A stretch of 64,000 nucleotides of DNA from Perkinsus chesapeaki ATCC PRA-425 (taxonomy: Eukaryota > Protista > Perkinsozoa), in the NCBI GenBank assembly GCA_013115145.1, contig JAAPAO010000017.1, positions 1 to 64,000 of the forward strand, in the 5' to 3' direction. Both the position numbers and the translations under genes were made by a program. Position 1 is the first letter of the stretch; every line of letters begins with the position of its first letter. The notes beneath the pieces are model-generated. The model saw only the letters and a program-made list of their open reading frames with translations. It was not told where the DNA came from and searched no databases. Below are positions 62,857-64,000 of the stretch, in pieces.

Positions 62857-64000
62857 TCATCCAATTGGCGCATCACTAGTTCCGAAGAAGGTGCCAACCT
62901 CAACGATGTCACCGAGGGAATCTACGGCAGCCCACCAAGAATGCTTCTCAGGTCTTGCCAAAGGCCGATAAGGCAGCACTGCTGCCACCACACCATTCAC
63001 CTTCACCACAACAGCGTTGCCTTCGGTGGAGGCCCTCATCTCTAGGACGTCACGCTCCTTGATGAACTGGGAGTCATCACCAGCAACCTCGCCAGTAGGA
63101 TTCCCATAGAGTCGGTGAACCACAAGCATGCCGAGGCTGTCCAGCTCATCGATGCTGGGTGCACCGGAAAGGCCATCATTGATCATACCGATCCCCTGGT
63201 CAGCTTGTAGCAATCCTACGGCGATTCCCCACGGTCTGGTGGGGTCCGAGACCGCATTGATGAGAACAGTAAAGCCACTACGGACGTCGATGGGGGAAGC
63301 GGAAATGCAGACCCCCTCAAGGCCTGTACCAGGCAGCTCGCTAGGGTGACCAGCACCGACAGTCTTAGGACCACCATGGACGAAGCTGACCAGGGGTAGA
63401 GGCGGGCGCCCAAATACTGAGCACTGAATAGTGGCCGAGGCATCCATGAGGTCCAGAATGCCCCACATGGAGCCGACTTCGGACGGCATGGCAGCATCAG
63501 AAAGCACCACTGCCTCAGCATTGACTTCCACCTGGAACCTGAAGAGCAACAATACCAACGATCTCCGCATCACATGCCAGATTACCTGCCCTCTTCAGTG
63601 AGGGTAACTCCGAGGACATCTCCTGGACGCAGCTTGCTAGGGTGGTAGTCACTATGGCAATCCACAAAAGCAGCTCCATTGAAGAGTTGACCATCATAGC
63701 CACACACAGCAACAACGCCTTCAACCTCATCAGCCGTTTCACAGCCCACCGTAACCGGTCTCGATCTACCAGCGGCCAGACCTATAGTGAGACCCGCGGA
63801 AGAGCCGCTACGTGAGCTGGTGCATTCACCGACATAGACCTCCAAGCCCCACGTGCCATCCGACCGCAAAGCGAGCGGGATAGGCACTACCGCAGGGCCA
63901 TGGGATGGGTTAGAAATGTCCGTCATGGCGATGCGGCCGCCCTCCAGAGGGACTAGCCTCTCAGATAGACTGCTCAGTCCGATATTTTCGGGGCAGGCTA
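62857..64000 (-). CDS. Neuralized homology repeat (NHR)-like domain protein, 5' end outside the window
   Basis: Two NHR-like units: ..LTIGL..LRPGDVLGVTLTEEG|..VNAE..MWGILDL, and ..FTVLINAV..WGIAVGL..ERDVLEM..VKVNG..WWAAVDSLG. The frame stays open to the window edge. Confidence 0.62.

Overview
This is compact, intron-rich eukaryotic DNA: roughly 50% GC by eye, mostly 43-75 nt GT-AG introns, and intergenic gaps often only a few hundred bp. The style suggests a Perkinsus-like alveolate, which is an inference and not confirmed. Genes were reconstructed by hand-splicing, so exon boundaries are approximate. Left to right: PP2A B'/B56 subunit, RAD18-like RING ligase, RanBP2-zinc-finger protein, three tandem 14-3-3 genes, PP2C phosphatase, a group II PLP decarboxylase with a CSAD/ADC-type specificity motif, a TauE/SafE-family exporter, a half-inactive PDI, seryl-tRNA synthetase, coiled-coil hypotheticals, a short RPAP3/Tah1-like TPR co-chaperone, two WRKY19-like Cys/His-repeat paralogs, a START protein, two CCCH paralogs, a co-oriented SEC16 / golgin-84 / kelch-Rab trio, a large coiled-coil gene and a partial Neuralized-repeat gene. 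Small mobile relics are a TA-flanked Tc1/mariner-type MITE, a Helentron-like (HINE/DINE-like) insert in an intron, and two degenerate tRNA-Glu-like sequences. The strongest leads are (1) an in-frame kelch-propeller/Rab1-like GTPase fusion beside SEC16 and golgin-84, (2) a CSAD-like decarboxylase divergent from a TauE exporter, possibly a taurine/sulfonate module, and (3) a mosaic middle 14-3-3 copy. No CRISPR array, rRNA or autonomous transposon was seen.
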